Assembly (NCBI RefSeq): GCF_006345805.1
Contig: NC_043013.1
Location: 1,240,001 to 1,304,000, forward strand
Reading direction: 5' to 3'
Source of the DNA: Octopus sinensis
Lineage: Eukaryota
Length of the DNA: 64,000 nt
Below the pieces are notes generated by a model, which saw nothing but the letters and a program-made list of their open reading frames with translations, had not been told where the DNA came from and ran no database searches. Made by a program: the position numbers and the translations under genes. This document shows positions 24,243 through 37,103 of this stretch, piece by piece (positions within the stretch are counted from its first letter, which is position 1; each line of letters begins with the position of its first letter).

Positions 24243-25514
24243 CTAAGCAGGAAAGTGAAGAGAAAGAAAAGAGAATTCTGTAACGGGAAGCACCTGCACA
24301 TTTCACCGCCTCGTCAAACAAAGGAGAAAAAATTAGCAAAGCAACGACGGCTGTTGCTCTTTCTAAGCAAACATTGTATGTTCGCTCAGATGTGTCAGAG
24401 AAGAGAGGAGGTGGAATTATCAAGGAGGAGTTGGCTAAGGCAAAAATGCATCTCATCAGAACTGGCAGGACAAGTCCACCTTAACATACCAGAGGAAGTA
24501 CAAGAAGAAACGAGGTGTAATACAATAATATACAAATGTGTATCGCTGAAGACATGAAAAATAGAAAGAGTTATGCAGGCTCAGATCGAAAAATGCCTGA
24601 GACCCGTATAGAATCAAAAGGGTTATGTCGCCCGCACTAAAAGCTTTGGTACATCACTTGTATAACAATAGTATTTAGTTTACACTTAGCTTGCAATGTG
24701 AAGAGAAAGGGACAGAACCAACACACACACCCACACACATGTGATGAGCTTCTTTTCAGTTTCCGTTTACCAGATCTACTGACAAGACCTTGGTCAGCCC
24801 AGGGCTAGAGTAGAAGACACTTAGGTACGATAATGATGATGATATTATGAAATGGTCTGAGGAGAAAGGGTTGGTGCCTTCACTGGGAAGACTTCCAAGA
24901 TTGATGGCCGGACACAAGAAGAGGAACCTACAAATCAGGAGTTGCAGTCCACGTTTATATTGAGTTCTTCTCAGACCAAACACTGGTTCCAAATATGTGC
25001 CACAGGGCATCCTGTGCTAATGATACCCAAAGACCAACAGACAGATTATGTCTCCCAGCGATAACAAAGTACAGCCACAATCCTTGCAACAAGCTTCAAC
25101 ACAGTTTCCATCTTACAAGGCTTGAATTGACTTTATATCATGATAGAAGACATGATGAGGTGCAGGGTTAGCAGGATTGAACTCAGGACCTCGTGATTAC
25201 AAAGCAATATTTTTAACCCACAAGACCAGGTCCACAACCATTTACCTTTGATATACTTTCATCACAACTGATGGTGGTGGTGGTGGTGTAGTTGTCATTG
25301 GAATTATTATTGTGATAGTAATGATGTTGATGCTGCTGATGCTGAACCATTAAAACGTGTGTGTGTGTGTGTGTGTGTAAGGTATAAATTAACCAAGAGA
25401 AATATTGATTTTATGACAGAACACAGGTGGATTGATTTAAAATTATAGAATTTTCAACTGATTTTGTCATATTGTTCATTTAAAAGAGGCTTTTATGAAA
25501 TGTGTGTACATTAT

Positions 25515-25897
25515 AGGCGCAGGAGCGGCTGTGTGGTAAGTAGCTTGTTTACCAACCACATGGTTCCGGGTTCAGTCCCACTGCATGGCACCTTGGGCAA
25601 GTGTCTTCTACTATAGCCTCGGGCCGACCAAAGCCTTGTGAGTGGATTTGGTAGACGGAAACTGAAAAAAGCCCGTCGTATATATGTATATATATGCGTG
25701 TTTGTGTTTGTCCCCTTAGCATTGCTTGACAACCGATGCTGGTGCGTTTATGTCCCCGTTACTTAGCGGTTCGGCAAAAGAGACCGATAGAATAAGTACT
25801 GGGCTTACAAAAGAATAAGTCCTGGGGTCGAGTTGTTTGATTAAAGGTGGTGCTCCAGCATGGCCACAGTCAAATGACTGAAACAAGTAAAAGAGTA
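25515..25897 (+). mobile_element. tRNA-derived SINE family A, full length
   Basis: Same family as 20221-20589, low divergence. Confidence 0.85.
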
Positions 25898-27458
25898 TGT
25901 ATGAAATGTGAACATGTAGCCATCGTTTTCACCAAACATGTATTTTATGTATATTCTTCTGGTTTTATTTATTGAATTTCTCTCAAATAAAAAAGACTGT
26001 CTGCAGCCCAGAACCTAGTCTCTTTCATTGGTCTTGTGTGTCTGTGTATCCCCACTCAAGTATGTTTGTAGACAGACATAGCAATGTGTGTCAATTTATA
26101 GGTTTTGAGCTATTCATAGCTTATATCTGCAATCTGTAGTATGTAAGTATAAATATCCGCATACTACAAACTGAATTTCTACAATGTTTTACATATTTTT
26201 TATAGTTCCATTAATGGTTTGTAATTGTTACTTTTCTAATTAGTTTTGTTTGTTATTGTTTTGTGATGCTCAGCTTTTTAAGAGTATTGCTCAGGTAGTT
26301 AGTCATATAATCAGGTGCCCTACTAATTGCAGGTATAAATCTAAAGTGATAGTCCAGGCGTTGTATTTGCATACTTTTCAGTTATTCACCATGGAGTTTT
26401 TCTGTTTGTGGCCGATGACAGTACTGCCTGATTGGCACCTGTGCCAGTGGCACATTAAAAGGACCATTCAAACGTGATCATTGCCAGCATTGCCTGACTG
26501 GCTCCTGTGCCGGTAACACGTAAAAAGCACCATTTGAGCATGGTCGATGCTAGTAAAAAAGCACTCACTACACTCTGGAGTGGTTGGCATTAGGAAGGGC
26601 ATCCAGCTGTAGAAGCTTTGCCAGATCAGATTGGAGTCTGGTGCAGCCTTCTGGCTCTCTAGCCCTCAGTCAAACCGTCCAACCCATGCCAGCATGGAAA
26701 GCGGAGTTAAACGCCAACAATGATGATGTCTGACTAGTACTGAAGGAGTTCTCATCCAGTCAACTTCCAATGTTTGTGTGTAAAGCAACTGAAGATTGTA
26801 TCCCTTAGATTGTTCAAGCTTTCTACTAATGGCAAGTATCCAAATATATCTTCATCTACTATATAACAAGCAATTTCCAGGTATCCTTCTTTGAATGTTA
26901 AAGCCGTAAAAATAGAGAAAGGGGCAGTGGCTGGTAGATTCCACCCTTTATCTAGAAATGGCTACACTCATAGCAAAAGCCGTCTTTTCTATAACGGTTT
27001 CTTTACCATATTTCTGTTGAAATTCTCTTTCCGTTTGAATGTTGAAAATAATGAAGTTGGGGTTTGGAACATAAATTAACATGAAATGTTCGTAGACAGA
27101 ATTCATTTTCAGAAATATTAAATTTCTTAATATCTCATAGAGACATGAGCGGTGGTGGAGCGATAGAGTGGTTGTATACTGTCAACATAATGTGACAGTC
27201 CCGTAAAGGGAATTACACTACCGTTGTTTAGCCCTAGGAAGCATCGACGCTTCCTGTCGGCCTTGACACATTTCCTGTGCCCTTATATATTTACAAAGGG
27301 CCGTTTCGTAAATATATACACACACACACTGGTATTTGTGTGCATAGCCACCTAAACACCCCTTTCTGTTTTACATACTGTCAGTTATACCCTATTGTGT
27401 TTTGACAAGTGTATTTATTATGTATTTAACAGAAATCAATTATTTTCTATTCTTTCAG

Positions 27459-27765
27459 ATTGGCAGAGCATGACAGCAGTTCGTGTCAGGCTGTCATTAC
27501 TTACTTGTCCAAAAACGTCCGGCTTACTGTTCAGACGCAATTCATCGAACCAATTTTATTTCCTCTGAACTCCCTTCTTCAGTTTTTGGGGGATCTTGAC
27601 TGGAACCCCTCCGATGGCTCACCTATTCTCAAAGCACGCACTGTACGCTGCGTCGATGGGCTTGATTTGATTCTGTATGAGAGAGCTTTGTCTGCTCAAA
27701 GAGCCTATCTATGCAGTCGTGAAGCAACAAGGAACTCTTCAGCCACTTCTGTTCCCAAAGAATAA
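27459..27765 (+). CDS. TEN1: CST complex subunit TEN1, coding exon 2 (to stop)
   Basis: Acceptor ttttctattctttcag|A; reads LAEHDSSSCQAVITYLSKNVRLTVQTQFIEPILFPLNSLLQFLGDLDWNPSDGSPILKARTVRCVDGLDLILYERALSAQRAYL..., matching the TEN1 OB-fold motifs (VCTKLVEP, YIVLGEL, KARVLTCVEGMNLPLLEQAIREQR). Total 150 aa. Confidence 0.88.
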
Positions 27766-29894
27766 CCAAGTTTGAAATTCCATCAAAGAGAACTTACCAA
27801 TGTTTAGGTGCAGGCGTGGCTGGTTGGTTAAGAAGTCTGCTTCCCAACCAGATGGTTTTGGGTTCAGTCCCACTGCACAACACCTTGGGCAAGTGTCTTC
27901 TACTATAGCCCAGGTTGATTAATGCCTGAGAGTTTGAATTTGGTTGGTAGAAACTGTGTGGAAGCCTGTCGTGTGTGTGTGCGTCTTTGTGCATGTCTTC
28001 ACCACCACTTGACAACTGATGGTGTTTTATATACAACCATGTAACTTAGCTGTTCAGCAAAAGAGATTGACAAAATAGGTACAAGGTTTAAAAAAATAGG
28101 TACTCGGGTTGATTTGTTCGACTAAACCCTTCAAGGTAGTGCCCCAGCATGGCCACAGTCACGATTGAAACGTAAAAGGTAAATTAAGAGTGAAAACCCT
28201 GACTTTTACCCCTGTGAAGCTTAATGCCACATTTCCTACTTTGACTGACCAGCTCCCTGCCGTGATGTCCAGGTAGACTGACTGCTGTCTCTCATATCCT
28301 TGATGTGGAACATGATTCTTTCTTAAAGCGGGTTCACCTGCCACCTCCTCCCCTCGCAAATAGGAGGTGCACTGACTGGAAGGTGAAACTGCTTGGCTAC
28401 TGACTCTACAGCAATAAGTTCAAGTCTGTGTTTTTAGTCGGTGATTCTTTTTTTTTCTTTTTTTTTTTTTTTGATGGTTTTCATCATTTATAAGAAAAAT
28501 CAAAAAAATCGAAATCGATCAACATCAATGGAAGTTGTAGCTGTGATACCAGTGCCGGTGGCACGTAAGAGAACCATCTGAACGTGGTCGTTGCCAGTGC
28601 CGCCCCAACTGGCCTCCATGCCGGTGGCACGAAAAAGCACCATCCGATCGTGACTTTGCTAGCCTCGTCTGGCACGTAAAAAGCACCCGCTACACTCACA
28701 GAGTGGTTGGCGTTAGGAAGGGCATCCAGCTGTAGAAACACTGCCAGATCAGACTGGGCCTGGTGCAGCCTTCTGGCTTCCCAGACCCCAGTTGAACCAT
28801 CCAACCCATGCTAGCATGGAAAGCGGATGCTAAACGATGATGATGATGATGATGATTTATCATCTGTTTTCCATGCTGGCATGGGTTGGACGGTTTGACA
28901 AGAGCTGGCAAGCCAAACAGCTGCACCATGCTTCACGGTCTGTTTTTGTATGGCTTTTACAGTCGGATGCCCTTCCTAATGCCAACCAACTTACAGAGTG
29001 GACAGAATGCTTTTTATGTGGTACCAACACTGACATGATTTTTACAGCTGTATGCTCTTCCTAATGCTGACCATTTTACAGTGTGGACTGGATGCTTTTT
29101 ACATGGCACAAGCACTGGTGGGGTCACCAGGTAACTCGCAAGACAAAGAGCCTTTGTGGAGAGGGCGTTGGAGGAGGTGGTGTTGTGCCAGGTGATGAGA
29201 GGTTAGAGTGTGACAGAAGATAGAAACAGGTGTTTTGTCATGGAGGAGATACATGGTTACCCAGTCAGCGAGGAACGAAAGAGAGTGATTGAGAAAGTGG
29301 AAGAGAGTGAGAGAGAAGGATATATCATCATCATCATCGTCATTTACCATTCATTTCCCATGCTGCCATGAGTTGGATTGTTTGACAGGAGATGGCAAGG
29401 CCAGAAAGCTACACCTGGCTCCAGTCATCTGTTTTGGCATGGTTTCTATGGCTGGCTGCCCTTCCTAATGCCAACCATTCCACAGAGTGGGGTTGCCAAA
29501 TAGCTTGCAAGACAAGGACCTCTTAATTGAGAGAGGGAGAGGAACTGAGAAAAGATATGATGTTTACAGTCCTAACGGTAGATCTTTTTTTCTGCCCCTC
29601 TGAAGAGATTTTGCCTAAGATAATGATTTTAATAATTGCTATTTAATCTTTTAGGCTTAATTGAAACAGCTGTAAGAGACTGTGTTTGATTTTCACAGAT
29701 AATAAATTGTTATTAAATGATATATCTCCATATTCTTACTTTCTTTTGAATGATTATAAACCTATTGTTTTATGAATATTATTTTCACAACAAATGTTGG
29801 GTATTGAGCCAGTAATTCATTGGATGATACCATCCCTTAAGGAAGCTAATTTAGCCTCTAATTTATATATATATATATTATTTGTATGATGTAT

Positions 29895-30117
29895 CTGGTG
29901 GGGTGTGCTGAAAAGTTCCTGGTTTTTTAAGGGTTTCACAAAAGGCCTGGTTGGAGGCCCAACCTTCCAAGTTATTTTTTACAGGGCTTAGAAAAACTGA
30001 AGGACTGCTGCAATAAGTGTGTGAATCGCTGAGGGGAATATGCTGAATAAAATAATTAACTGATTCTCCTCTATTTTCTTTTACTCAAAGTCAGGAACTT
30101 TTCAGCATTGCCTCATA
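29895..30117. mobile_element. Non-autonomous mariner-like element
   Basis: TIRs gtgtgctgaaaagttcctgg / tcaggaacttttcagcattgcctcata. Confidence 0.65.
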
Positions 30118-33079
30118 AATAAATATTTATATATATATGTATGTATATAATTTAGAGAAAAAACCCACTATTAAACAATTCAATAAAGAAAGATGTTATT
30201 CATACCATATAGAAAACATATACTATAAGAAAACCTTATATTAAATCAATAAAGTACAATACATATTAAATAGTAGTAAATTTTATATATATATATGTAC
30301 ATACACACACATACAGTGATTTATATACCTTAATAAGTAACTTTGAAACATATCTGCATACACATGCATATCTGTCTATAAACTATTGACGTCCATACTT
30401 GTTGCACATTTATATGCGCATGTGCACACACGTATACAAACATGAGCATAAATTTTACTTCACTTTTATTTTATTTTATTCATTAAGTAATTTTACTCTT
30501 ATATACTGTAACTCATTATTCATGATTAATAATATTGAAATAAATCTAAAAGTAATAATTTTAACGCATGCGTGCACACACATTCACATACACACATAAT
30601 AAACATGTATATATATTCTGAGTATATTGGAGTATTCCAACAGATCATAATGTAATCCTTGTATTGTCCTTTTTGTGTTCTGATGATTTTCCACCCAAGG
30701 TATTTTAAAATGCAAGATTATATATTATGCTTTGTAGTTTTAATTTTGAATGAGAGATGAAACAATTGTAGGCGAAGATATTAATTAATAAATTAATTTG
30801 TATCCATTGGATGTCAAGCTTAATGACACATACACTCATGTAAAGAAAAGACTCACCATTCCTACAAATGGTGTCATTTGTTTCTATTTCTCAGTCAAAT
30901 GAGGCTGTTCACTGTTGATTAGACTCTTTTGGAAACAGGTGATGGTTGGTATCAGGAAGTGGAGCAAGGGCCATAGAAAATGTTACCGTAATGTAGTTTT
31001 GTCTCACCCATGTAAGTGTGGAAAAGTACATGTTAATTGAGGAGGTTGATTATAGATATATGTATTTGTACATAAACTAATGCCCAAAGAGCCACAGGTG
31101 GAACCAAATATATTTTATCAGATTAATGATTAGGGATTAAATGTTTATTCACTTTCAGATCTGTCTTTGACTTCTTTATTCTAAACGAGTAAAGATAACT
31201 TCTTTTTGAACTTATCACCTGTTCAAATACACACACCCATATACATTCATACACATATAATACTGATTGAAAATAGGACAAACAACATTTAATACAAAAT
31301 TGAAATTTAGATATACAAGGGTTTCCATGGAGTTGTAGACCTTGGTTAACTGTGGTGCTGTTCCAGTTGAAATAATGGTACATCATTGCATTTATTTCTC
31401 CTGGAAAGTGGAGTTCAAGCACATTTTTATAAACAAAGTATGGAGAAGAAATATTTGAAGAACAGTTTTGTCCCTTGTCAAAAACAATACCTGGAATTAT
31501 TACTACCAACAAACCAATTCTTTTATCAGACAAATAAGATAGAGGGCTTTCTGTCAAAGATAGATTCATCATCATTGTCAGATAATAATGTGCATTTCCT
31601 ATGCTGGCATCAGTTGGATGGTTTGACAGGAGCTGGCAAGCCAGAGAGCTGCAGGTTCCAATTGTCTGTTTTGACATGGTTTCTGCAACTGGATGTCCTT
31701 TCTAACACCAACCACTTTGCAGGGTGTGGACTGGGTGTTTTTTATACGGCACCAGCACCAGCATGATCCCCAAGTAGCTTGCAAGACAAGAACTTGTCGA
31801 GAGAGAGTGTAGAACCAAAGGCTGTGTGCCAGGCAAGTGGTTAGAGTATAACAGAGGGACAGAGATAGTTGTACTTTAGAGGAGATACTTGGCTACCTAA
31901 GACAAATTGAAAATTCAAACGGTAACACTTTTAGGTTTACCTCATTCTGAAACCCACCTCACAGCCAGCAATACCTGAAGTTTGAGGAGGACTTTATGAA
32001 TATGATGAAGAGAATGTTCAATTTAAAAAAGTCAAAAACTTAATTGTAAATTCCAACAAAACTTTTAGGAGATTATTAAAGATATCAAAAAACATTGCCA
32101 GATTACACTTTCTGACAAACCTTCTAACGTATACTGAATGGAATATATGTTATTATAACTTCAGGAATTACATAAGAATTACCAAAAAATTAATTAGGCA
32201 GGGATACTCCCTCTTCTGTAAAGTAAGATTAGCTGTTAAAACTGAGCCTTTTGTACCCTAAAAGCTGAAACTTAACCTTAAAGGCCACAAGAACAACTTC
32301 ACTACCAACTTGTCTATCACAATTGGGTTTCTCGCTCATAAGTGGTTTAGCGTTACAGCGTATCTTCAGACCTGCACAAACAAAAACAGACAATGTGTGC
32401 GTGTGTGTATTACAATTTTTAGACAAGGTGAACATAGATAGAATTTTCCAAAATGTCTGAAATAACTAAGAGCGTCCATATTATAAGATTTGTGTTGACA
32501 AACATCTCAGTGGAATTTGGTAGAAGGAAACTGTGCAGAAACCTGATCAGCTGATGTGGGCAACAGTGATTGAAGATAGCGTCCAAGATTGCTTTGGATC
32601 CCCTCGGGCGAGTGGAGAGGGATTGGGAACCCTCTTGAAATTGAAAGATGTAAGATTCTTTTCAGAGAGAAGTCCATATTCACGGGTCCTTTCTTGGCTC
32701 TCTGGGCCGCAGCTTCTTATAGGTCCTGTCACTTGTACATCTATAAAGACCCATGAAGTAAATAGTAGGTATTCTACGTTTTCTTTATGTGGTATATTTG
32801 AGGCCCATAAATATTTAACTCACACACACATAGTCATGGCACCGACTACCTGTTCAGTGGTTGTGCACTCCCAACGATTAAATATCTTCTTTAGATGAAC
32901 TAAAACTACCCGGCCTACGTTTATGTCTGTCCGTTTTCAACTCGAGATATATTTTGGACAATAACAAAGCTGGCGGGGTAGGAGAGCACCGACCACCTCG
33001 GATAACGCTTTTATGAGAGCGGCCCACACACACACGCACGATGTGCTTCTGCAATTTCTGTGAATCATTCCACTCACGA

Positions 33080-34288
33080 GATATGGTAACCTAGTTGTTT
33101 TGAGTTTATAATAGAAAGATATTTGCCCAAGATGTCACGCAGTGGAATCGAACCCAGAACTACGTGGCCGCAAAAAAATCTTCTTAACCGCCCATATAGC
33201 AATGCCTGTCATATATATTGCCATTTTCGGTTAATGTTTACAATAGTGCAATGAGTGCAAAAAAAAATGTGTAGGAAACTAATATGAAAAAGAAAAAAAA
33301 AAATGCGCGCAAAGCAACGGGAGGGTGGGGATAGGTTCGCGGAAAATTCACAAGATCCGAGATTTTCCTTCATAACTTTTAGGAAAATGGGTTTTTTTCC
33401 AATGAAATTTTATATAAATACCTTTCAAAAGGCATACATTACGATTATAAAGAAATTTGTGGACTTCGGAATATTCCCAAGATCCGAGTTTTCCCCTCAT
33501 AACTGGATATATATATATATGTGTATATATATGTGCGTATATATATGTGTATATATTGTGTATCCGTCCGTTATTTTGTATACATCCAAAACCTCGACGG
33601 GTTGGTATATATAACTAGTACATGGAAAAGCATGCGAGGTAAAAAGAGTTAATTTCGGCCTGTATGTGTGTGTACACGTTCTTATTGTAGTAGTAAACCA
33701 CAGAGAGAGACATGGTAATGTTACAGAGAAGAGAAAGTGAGAGAGTCGAGAGAAGTTGTTTCGCAAAGTCACTGTAACTTTCTTTTTGCTTCTGGCCGTT
33801 TGGTCTCTCTACGCTGGGGTATCTGTAGAAAGTTGAATGTGATTTCGGAATATAACGAGGAAAAATTCAGATCTTGGGAATTTTCCGAAAGTCCTCTCCC
33901 CACCTCAAGATTTCCCCCACAAATTACTTTATTATCGTAAGGTATACCGTTTGAAAGGTATTTCATTGAAAAAGAAACCCATTTTCCTAAAAGTTATGAA
34001 GGAAAATCTCAGATCTTGTGTGAATTTTCCGAGGTCCTCTCCCCACCCTCCCGTTGCTTTGCACGCATTTTTTTTCTTTTTCATAATAGTTTCCTACACA
34101 TTTTTTTTTGCACTCATTGCACTATTGTAAACATTAACCGAAAATGGCAATATATATGACAGGCATTGCTATATGGGCGGTTAAGAAGATTTTTTTGCGG
34201 CCACGTAGTTCTGGGTTCGATTCCACTGCGTGACATCTTGGGCAAATATCTTTCTATTATAAACTCAAAACAACCAGGTTACCATATC
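33080..34288. repeat. Inverted duplication immediately upstream of METTL17 (arms ~33080-33505 and ~33850-34288)
   Basis: Outer ~250 bp of the arms differ by about 3 substitutions plus A-run length; inner parts are more diverged, with indels. Confidence 0.92.
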
Positions 34289-34349
34289 TTTTTTTTTTCT
34301 TTTTCATATTCGTTTCCTACACATTTTTTTTGTTGTACTATTTTTGTCT

Positions 34350-34451
34350 GGTTTTCGTTCCCGGGTCAAGTTGTAAACATTAAGCAAATTGCCGACCTTG
34401 GTGGAGAAGTCATAATTTGCAAGTACTTAAGCAGATGAAAAGATGGCCGCC
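34350..34451 (+). promoter_or_regulatory. METTL17 core promoter region with YY1-type AAGATGGCCGCC motif overlapping the ATG
   Basis: AAGATGGCCGCC at 34440-34451 fits the YY1 consensus; CpG-rich surroundings; end of the shared upstream module at ~34352-34376. Confidence 0.5.
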
Positions 34452-34541
34452 TCCTCCCGAACAGGTGCTTTGTTCACCTCGAAAGGAAACTTATTCAAGC
34501 ATTTCTCCTACCATCGCTTCGCCCGCTTCAGACATTTACAG
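34443..34541 (+). CDS. METTL17: METTL17/Rsm22 exon 1 (mitochondrial targeting peptide)
   Basis: MAASSRTGALFTSKGNLFKHFSYHRFARFRHLQ is basic, with no acidic residues; phase-0 donor CAG|GTCAGT. Confidence 0.8.
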
Positions 34542-35651
34542 GTCAGTATTATTTCAGCTTCCAGTTTTTGTGTTTTTACCATCTTTATTGAAGTATCATG
34601 TAGTTTTAACTTGTTGATTAGTTTCCAAAACTTATTCAAACCGGTTTAAGGTTTGTTTCATTCTATATTTTGAAAAAGAAAAAAGACATCTTACGGATCT
34701 TGTATATCTATTTTAATGGATTATTGGCATTCCTTCGATTTGACACGAGGTTTTGTTTTGGTTTCGTCGAGTCAAATCGAAGAAATGCCATCTTTTAAAA
34801 ATTTCTCTTTTATTAATTCGCAATTAACGAACATGATCGGTTGTTTTCTTTTAGTTTCGATCGAGCATGCCTTTGATTAAAAGCTTTTCAACCGTAAGCA
34901 TCCTGTCCTTTTATGTATCTCGGACTATATTGTACACTGTACCCTCCTTTTTCACGACAGTGGGTTAATATTTGAAAGGATTTGGCTGTTATTGCAAGCA
35001 TCCTCAACGGACACTTACAGGCTCCCTCGTCGATTCGTATTCGATCGATGAACAACCGATCTCTTCACGACGAAAACGGTCAATTAATTAAAAAAAAATC
35101 GATTTAACAAGTATTATAACGACGTAAAATAAAAATAACAATATATTCCGCGATTCTGTCAAAGATCAATGCAAATGTATTATCATTTACAAACATTGTA
35201 TTTTCGTATTTTCGTATTGTTCTCAGTTCTTTAAATGCCTTTTCTTCTTTTATAAATCTACTGTCTTTGAAACATTGATCATGTGAAAATTAATTATTCT
35301 CACAGTGATAGGAAGAGATAGCAGAAGTACATTCAAAATCAATCGAAATCATAAAACGATTAGTGATCATGTTGAAAAGCATGTTAACTGACCCACAGCA
35401 GAGTTTGGTGGGGACCATGTCATGCTTTCTGATTAATAGTATTTTTTTTTAAGTGAAGGTAGTGTCCCCCCGCCGTCTGGAGATAACCTTTCTTTCAAGA
35501 AGGAGCCTTAGTCCCCACCGTCGCGGCTTGCTGCTGCTGAGGCGGTGCAGCCTCCATGCTGTGTATTTTTGAATAAATGTCATCTTTTCGATCATTTTTT
35601 TGGATGTTTATAGTTGAGGTTAGCGAAATTAAAGAATACGCACACCCAGTG

Positions 35652-35678
35652 TTTAGGGTTTAGGGTTTAGGGTTAGGG
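35652..35678 (+). repeat. Telomere-like repeat (TTTAGGG)3TTAGGG, four G-tracts
   Basis: Directly visible; GGG at 35656, 35663, 35670 and 35676. Confidence 0.95.
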
Positions 35679-37103
35679 TTTTTGTTACGCCATATTTATA
35701 AAAAACAACATAATTTATTATTTTGAAATGGTGAATACCTGTTTCTTTACAAAATATAATTTATTCAGATTTTATTAAAAGCCACATCTTATGAAAACAC
35801 TAGAACCCAGTTTGAGAAGTGTTGCTTTACAGTGAGACGGACGGCAACTGTGCAGATGAAGGTGTTGTCGAGTCCAGAAATGCAAGAAAACAGATTTGAT
35901 ATTGAGACTCATGAGATGTCAATTGACTGCTATTTTCACTCAGCCATTTCAGCTCTACTTGATGTGACGTAGTTAATAGATAATAATAGATCCAACTCCT
36001 TCATGCCAGATGTCCTGATTGAGTGATGACATATGAATGCCTGGCCTGGGCTTTAGTCCCACTTAGTCTTTCACAAGCTGAAATATCTCACCTGTGCATG
36101 CCATGATTACAGATGATAGCAGCAGTTCACTAACTCAACTGGTTGCTCCTGGCCATTGACAGTTTGTTGTCTTTTCAGCCATGCAGCATCTCGTGATATT
36201 TGCCATTGATTCAATAAGATTCATCATCATCGTTTAACATCCACTTTCCATGCTGGCATGGGTTGGGCGTGTGACTGAAGGCTGGCGAACCAAATGGCTG
36301 CACCAGGCTCCAATCTGATCTGGCAGAGTTTCTACAGCTGGATGCCCTTCCTTATGCCAACTACTCCGAGAGTGTAGTGGGTGCTTTTACGTGCCACCGG
36401 CACAAGGGCCAGTCATGCGGTACTGGCAACGGCCATGCTCAAATGGTGTTTTTTATGTGCCACCTGTACAAGAACCAGTCCAGTGGCACTGGTAACGATC
36501 ACACTCGAATGGTGCTTTTTATGTGCCACTGGCATGGAAGCTAGTCAGCTGCTCTGGCAACGATCATGCTCAGATGGTGCTCTTAGCGCTCCACTAGCAC
36601 GGATGCCAATCATCGAATTTGATTTTGATTCATTTACTGAAATAGCTCACATTCACTGTGTTGTATCTCATAATTTCAACATACCTTGGCTGGGTGGTTA
36701 CATGCTATCTAACCCAACATCTGGGACCCTGACAGGTGCTACTGTGGGACAGAGTAGACCTGGGAACAATAGTGCGTGAGAGCTTGTTCCTTGCTCTTCA
36801 AAATCCTGGAACTCTTGAACTGCTGGATGCGGTTTAAAATTATATCCAGGACTTAAATGTTCTCGAAATTTAGTAACTAGAAAGAAAAAACAACAACAAA
36901 AGCCTCAACAATATTTGCCTTAACTTCATGTCTGTGTTTGTAGACCAACCTTAACTGGAGTTTATGAAGAAGAAAAAAAATTTAATGTATTTCTGAAACT
37001 TTATTTTAATTTTAATTGTATTTTAAAAATCAATTTTGAATGAAATTTTGAAATATCCTATTTTTGAAGTTAAATATTCATTTTTTGTTTTTATTATCTT
37101 CAG

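Noticed and set aside
32533-32898. 121 aa plus-strand ORF
   Set aside because: GTG start, no recognisable homology and no supporting splice structure.
35363-35432. C/D snoRNA reading (GTGATCA...CTGA with a terminal stem)
   Set aside because: The C box mismatch breaks the K-turn G-C pair, and the putative guides pair with each other rather than with a recognisable rRNA target; kept only as an alternative within the 35360-35700 finding.
35780-36200. Possible coding sequence upstream of the telomere-like island
   Set aside because: Stop-riddled; looks like a decayed LINE fragment, family not determined.
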